A stretch of 64,000 bases of DNA. Source: Myxococcota bacterium (lineage in GTDB: Bacteria; Myxococcota_A; Polyangia; Nannocystales; Nannocystaceae). The stretch covers positions 1-64,000 of the forward strand of contig JBCCWC010000010.1 of assembly GCA_039194325.1 (NCBI GenBank), given 5' to 3'. A model generated the notes under the pieces. The model was not told where the DNA came from, ran no database searches, and worked only from the letters and a program-made list of their open reading frames with translations. A program made the position numbers and the translations under genes. Of this stretch, positions 60,801 through 64,000 are shown one piece after another; position 1 is the first letter of the stretch, and every line of letters begins with the position of its first letter.

Positions 60801-61537
60801 ACGGGGGCGGGTAGATCGTCGGAGAACGACGGCAACCCGGCCGCGGGAGGCCCCGCCGGCGGCGGGCCGGGGGTATAGGGGCTCGGAGGTCTCGGTCCGG
60901 GGGGAGATGGTGGGGCCGAGAACCTCGGTGGTGCGGGTCTGGGAAGATCGTCGATCGGGGCGGGCAGATCGAGGGAGATCGCGTCGGGCGGCGAGTGCCC
61001 GGCGGCGGGCGGCATGCCGACCGGGCTGGGCAGATCGATGTCCGATCCTCCAGGCGAGCGGTCGACCGGGGCAGGGAAGTCCAACCCCGACTCGCTGGCT
61101 GAGATCCCCGGCGGGGGCTCGGATGGCGGGTGGCGACCGGGGCCGCCGCCGAAGTCCAGCTCTAGGGATGGGGCTTCACCCACCCCCAGGTCGAACTCGT
61201 TGTGTGGGGAGTCATCCAAGCCGATGCTCGGTGGGCCGCTGACCGGGCCGGTTGGCGCAGGGGCGGCTGACGGTTGCCGACGGTCGGGTGGACCGAGCGA
61301 CGGCCGGGGGATCCCGCCCGAGCTGTCCTCGGGCATCCCGAAGATCGGGGCTTCGGTCGTCTCCCCGGGGGTCCCGGCAAAGCCGGGAGGGGCGCCGGGA
61401 CTCGACGTGCCAGCAAGACCAGGGGGGCCAGCAAGACCAGGAGGGCCAGGGGTGAGTCGCGCGCCACAGACGGGGCATCGCGGCGGCAGGGGCCGGCTCG
61501 CATCGAGCGCAGTATGGCAGCTTGGGCACGCGTACAT
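57878..61537 (-). CDS. Zinc-ribbon / Pro-rich / TM / TPR protein
   Basis: N-terminal CPSC...CPVC, repeated DLP motifs, a single TM, and many C-terminal TPRs. Confidence 0.87.
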   Translation of the reverse strand: MYACPSCHTALDASRPLPPRCPVCGARLTPGPPGLAGPPGLAGTSSPGAPPGFAGTPGETTEAPIFGMPEDSSGGIPRPSLGPPDRRQPSAAPAPTGPVSGPPSIGLDDSPHNEFDLGVGEAPSLELDFGGGPGRHPPSEPPPGISASESGLDFPAPVDRSPGGSDIDLPSPVGMPPAAGHSPPDAISLDLPAPIDDLPRPAPPRFSAPPSPPGPRPPSPYTPGPPPAGPPAAGLPSFSDDLPAPVDLDLPTPASGPSSNAGFDLPPPPGAQLDDGLDLPIPQDLPAPGGQQMVTPVGQDLAPSNIGVAPSNLGVAPSDLGVAPSDLGVAPSDLGVAPSDLGVAPSDLGVAPSNLGVTPAGPGQATGDAAGSAAPGTDVPPAVNLGAGLGTNTLGAAPNRSPAKLMAPARPPISRTLLVVVGGIAVLGLAAVGVLYSGILDPDDPEPTVLRGKPGKNKPKTKEDDSAGKSPEPAAAPSGPAVERSSAVLAMMAKHTPAAYLEAKAASTAASDAVGAAEGALLLHYHYGPNPALATEAATLLQGHAGTTEAFVQRVIGLSSLAAGNISGAEPSLAADDPRTRLYRGWARLSQGELDQAKADADAVLEALPDELSARHLTLAIAAAREPAAAVPTLVAAVAKNPHPALQALLATTAIETGQLATARTATDALDPTATEDPGVQAWTHVQKARVHEAQGDYVEALAAYDRALELVPQAPVVHAARIRALLAAKRFNDASAAVSILVREQAENLEIQLLQAEVAVQSGDGDIALEILGKLAKAMPKDARVMRLTGEVHAKRLAIDEGQTAFAAARTLDPLDYRVAMSEAILLADARRLPDALAVLETARAAAQEAGRQADVARLLVTKARLHDQARESNAAIEALSRALEAVPTDNEAQVLRGALRLKLGPNAEGRADLVEVFERTGGFPGLAAPLGQLFVLEGNYDALERLVGDRLRGDQTDDELLLPGIRLRLQQGRTEDARTLVQTALTRRPSDWEAHMLLAQLLISEGKASEALAEIERARPATPQAELMLQRGKILEFNARHDDAIPEYRGALELAPDLHEARFLFGRLLHYKGGHGKAITELRRVIDAPSAKGAPWFPEVWLNLGLAQQAQGKNADAITSLREATTLDPELGEAWARMGEFHENVNKHGEAITALNKAVELGTKDDYWYADALMNLGRAQVKAGKKAAANKSLKKFLEVAPPEHTSRSEAERLLGGL
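60468..60635. repeat. 21-bp tandem repeat x8 (GVAPSDL/GVAPSNL)
   Basis: ACGCCCAGGTCGGAAGGGGCG units, five of them identical, with no spacers. Confidence 0.93.
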
Positions 61538-61641
61538 GGAGGCGGAAACGACCGCAAGGGTACCACGGGCGTACCGCGTGGCCCGTTGGATCGGGTGTGT
61601 CCGCGGGGTCCTACCGGTAGTCAGGCCGGGAGCAGGCAGGT

Positions 61642-62922
61642 ATGACAGCCCTCGTGATCCTCCGCGATCCCGTCCACGGCCTGATCTCGTTCGAGGGGGA
61701 GGTAGGGAATGTTGTTGCGCGACTGATGGATACCCAGGAGGTGCAGCGCCTACGCCGGATCCGAGCGTTGGGGCATGCGTCGCTCGCGTTCCCCGGCGCC
61801 GAGCACTCCCGCTTCGCGCATGCGGTGGGCTCGGCCCACGTCATGAAACGCTATCTCGACCGGGTGCGTCGGTTGGCATCCGACATCCCCGCCTCCGACC
61901 GCATCGACGACGACATGGCCCGGGTGGCCCTGGCGGCCGCGTTGCTGCACGACATTGGCCATGGTCCGTTCAGCCACACCTTCGAGGCGGTGCTGCCCGA
62001 TGCCCGGGCCCACGAGGAGTGGACATCGTCGATCCTGCTCGATCCCGAGACCGAGGTCCACCAGGTGTTGCGCGAGATCGACCCACAGGTGCCCGCGCTG
62101 GTCGAGCGCTTGGTGCATGGACACAGCCCGATCCGTCATCTCGCGCGCGCGGTCTCGGGGACCTTCGACGTCGACCGCTGCGACTACCTACTGCGCGATT
62201 CCTACATGACCGGGGTGCGCTACGGCCTGCTCGATCTCGACTGGTTGCTGGCCGCGCTACGCCTGTACCTCCCGCCCAGCGACTGTGCGGCGACCCTGGC
62301 GGTCGACGGGGAGAAAGGGCTCACCGCGGTTGAGGGATTCTTCCTCAATCGTCTCTACATGTACCGGCAGGTCTATCTGCACAAGGCGGTCCGGGCCGCC
62401 GATGCCGTCTCGCGCGCGCTGTTTGGCCGCCTGCGAGCGTTGGGGCCTCAGCCGGGCACGCCGCCGGCTCTGGAGGCGCTCTTGCGCGGCGAGTCGGTGT
62501 CGACCGCCGCTTTCTTGCAGCTCGACGATGCTGCGTTACAGGCGGCGATCCGGCATTACGCCGATGGGGACGATCCGATCCTCGGCGAGCTGGCGGCGCG
62601 CTTGCGCGACCGTCGGCTGTTCAAGTCGATGCGTCTGCACCCCGATGCGCCGATCCACAGCGCCGAGGCGCGGCTTCATGAGGTGCTGCGCGACGGGGGC
62701 TACGACCCGGTCTACGCGGGAGGGATCGACCGGGTGGAGATCGACGCCTATATCGAGGACGAGGCGCTAATGGTGATCTCTAGCCGCGGTCGACTCCAGC
62801 GGCTGCTCGACGCATCGCCGGTGATGCACGGGCTGTCCCGGGAGACCTTTGTGCACTACCGGGCGCTCTTTCCCGAGGATCTGCGGGAGCAGGTGGCCAC
62901 GGCGCTCGGTGACCTGCGCTGA
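61642..62922 (+). CDS. HD-domain phosphohydrolase (dNTP triphosphohydrolase-like)
   Basis: RDPVHG, QRLRRI, HSRFAH, LLHDIGHGPFSH, DVDRCDYLLRDS and QVYLHK. Confidence 0.92.
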   Translation: MTALVILRDPVHGLISFEGEVGNVVARLMDTQEVQRLRRIRALGHASLAFPGAEHSRFAHAVGSAHVMKRYLDRVRRLASDIPASDRIDDDMARVALAAALLHDIGHGPFSHTFEAVLPDARAHEEWTSSILLDPETEVHQVLREIDPQVPALVERLVHGHSPIRHLARAVSGTFDVDRCDYLLRDSYMTGVRYGLLDLDWLLAALRLYLPPSDCAATLAVDGEKGLTAVEGFFLNRLYMYRQVYLHKAVRAADAVSRALFGRLRALGPQPGTPPALEALLRGESVSTAAFLQLDDAALQAAIRHYADGDDPILGELAARLRDRRLFKSMRLHPDAPIHSAEARLHEVLRDGGYDPVYAGGIDRVEIDAYIEDEALMVISSRGRLQRLLDASPVMHGLSRETFVHYRALFPEDLREQVATALGDLR

Positions 62923-62936
62923 GGTGGACGGCCGCC

Positions 62937-63608
62937 ATGTCCCAGCGCAAGAAGCGAGCCGGACGATGCGAGCGGTGTGGACTGCACCAGCCGCTGTGCG
63001 TCTGTGCGAGCTTTCCCCGGGTGGAAAGCCGCCTTGCTCTGGTGGTGGTGCGGCACGTTCGCGAGCGCTTCAAGCCCACCAATACCGGGCGCTGGCTCGC
63101 CGACATGGTGCCGGGCACAGCGATCACCCACTACGGGCAGCGCGAGCCGCCCTTTGACCCTACGGCACTCTTGCGCGACGATGTGCGCTTTTGCGTGCTC
63201 TACCCGCGAGAGGATGCGGTGACGCTCGATGCCGAAGGAACGGCGCGCTTGCGGTCGAGCCTGGCCCCCGGTCAGCGCCTGGGCTTTGCCCTGCTCGATG
63301 GAACTTGGCACCAGTGCTCACGCATGAGCCGGCGGGTGCCCGTCGTGCAGGATCTCCAGTGCGTCGCGCTGCCGCCCGGACCGGCCTCGCGTTGGGGGGT
63401 GAGAACCCAGCACGACGAGCGCGGCCTGTCGACCTTCGAGGCGGGGGTTCGCCTGATCTCGTTGTTCGATGGGCCCAAGCGGGCGGCTCCTCTTCAGGCG
63501 ATCTTTCATGAGATCGCGGCGCGCATGATGTTCATGAAGGGGCGCCTGCCTCGGCCCGAGGTTCCCTCCTCGTGGCGTGGTGATCCCCTGCCCGCGGCGC
63601 TCCCCTGA
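62937..63608 (+). CDS. tapT: DTW-domain tRNA-uridine aminocarboxypropyltransferase
   Basis: RCERC...LCVC, E..KPTNTG, LYP, LLDGTW and LSTFEA. Confidence 0.88.
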   Translation: MSQRKKRAGRCERCGLHQPLCVCASFPRVESRLALVVVRHVRERFKPTNTGRWLADMVPGTAITHYGQREPPFDPTALLRDDVRFCVLYPREDAVTLDAEGTARLRSSLAPGQRLGFALLDGTWHQCSRMSRRVPVVQDLQCVALPPGPASRWGVRTQHDERGLSTFEAGVRLISLFDGPKRAAPLQAIFHEIAARMMFMKGRLPRPEVPSSWRGDPLPAALP

Positions 63609-63887
63609 CCGCGGCGCTCCCCTTACGCCGTTGTGAGCAGAGGGCAAAGGACGAGCGCGAAAATCACGCACCCTCCTCTACCGCGGAGCGACCGAGTGAA
63701 AAACTCGACAATGTCCCCCGGATGTGACCATGTAACTCTATGATTGTATTTTATATTACATTTCAATACATTATGGTATGGGGTAAGATTAAATAATCAC
63801 CTTGTAATACCTGTAGGTGCGATGCAAGATGATGTCGGATAAAGGATGAGCTAGGAGCTCACCTGCCCACCATCTAGGGAGACCGCC

Positions 63888-64000
63888 ATGCACGCCGCTC
63901 GCACCGTCTTCACCGCCGCCGTCCTCGCCTCGACGATCGCGACCGGTTGCGATCTGAATGGGGATCGGATCGGTTCCGAGGGTGGGTTGGTGGTCTCGGA
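63888..64000 (+). CDS. Partial lipoprotein gene (runs off the window end)
   Basis: GGGAGA RBS; MHAARTVFTAAVLASTIATGC lipobox; preceded by an AT-rich tract at about 63730-63810. Confidence 0.6.
   Translation, partial: MHAARTVFTAAVLASTIATGCDLNGDRIGSEGGLVVS

Overview
High-GC bacterial DNA with a gene repertoire typical of myxobacteria (probably Nannocystaceae-like; inferred from gene content): Ser/Thr kinases fused to TPR or RCC1 repeats, ECF sigma factors, many Cys-rich lipoproteins, an alpha-2-macroglobulin and an AgmX/PglI-type protein. About 45 CDS and one tRNA-Ser(TGA) are supported. No rRNA, CRISPR array, integrase or transposase was found. The strongest candidate for an undescribed system is at 49.6-54.0 kb. 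There, an RtcR-like sigma-54 activator with a CARF-like N-terminus is divergent from an rtcB(2)-prfH ribosome repair/rescue operon. The intergenic region holds three TG(G/A)TG-N7-CA(C/T)CA inverted repeats and a correctly spaced -24/-12 promoter that predicts an almost leaderless rtcB mRNA. A very basic uncharacterised third gene follows prfH. Other points: two loci with the same secreted M23 peptidase + kinase + convergent ECF layout; a doubly frameshifted DUF3800 gene followed by a structured element; an orphan BsuBI/PstI-type methyltransferase with a short endonuclease-like stump beside the tRNA; a degenerate kinase; shared ECF-like promoter motifs; and several in-frame tandem repeats. All family calls come from motif recognition by eye, with no database searches.
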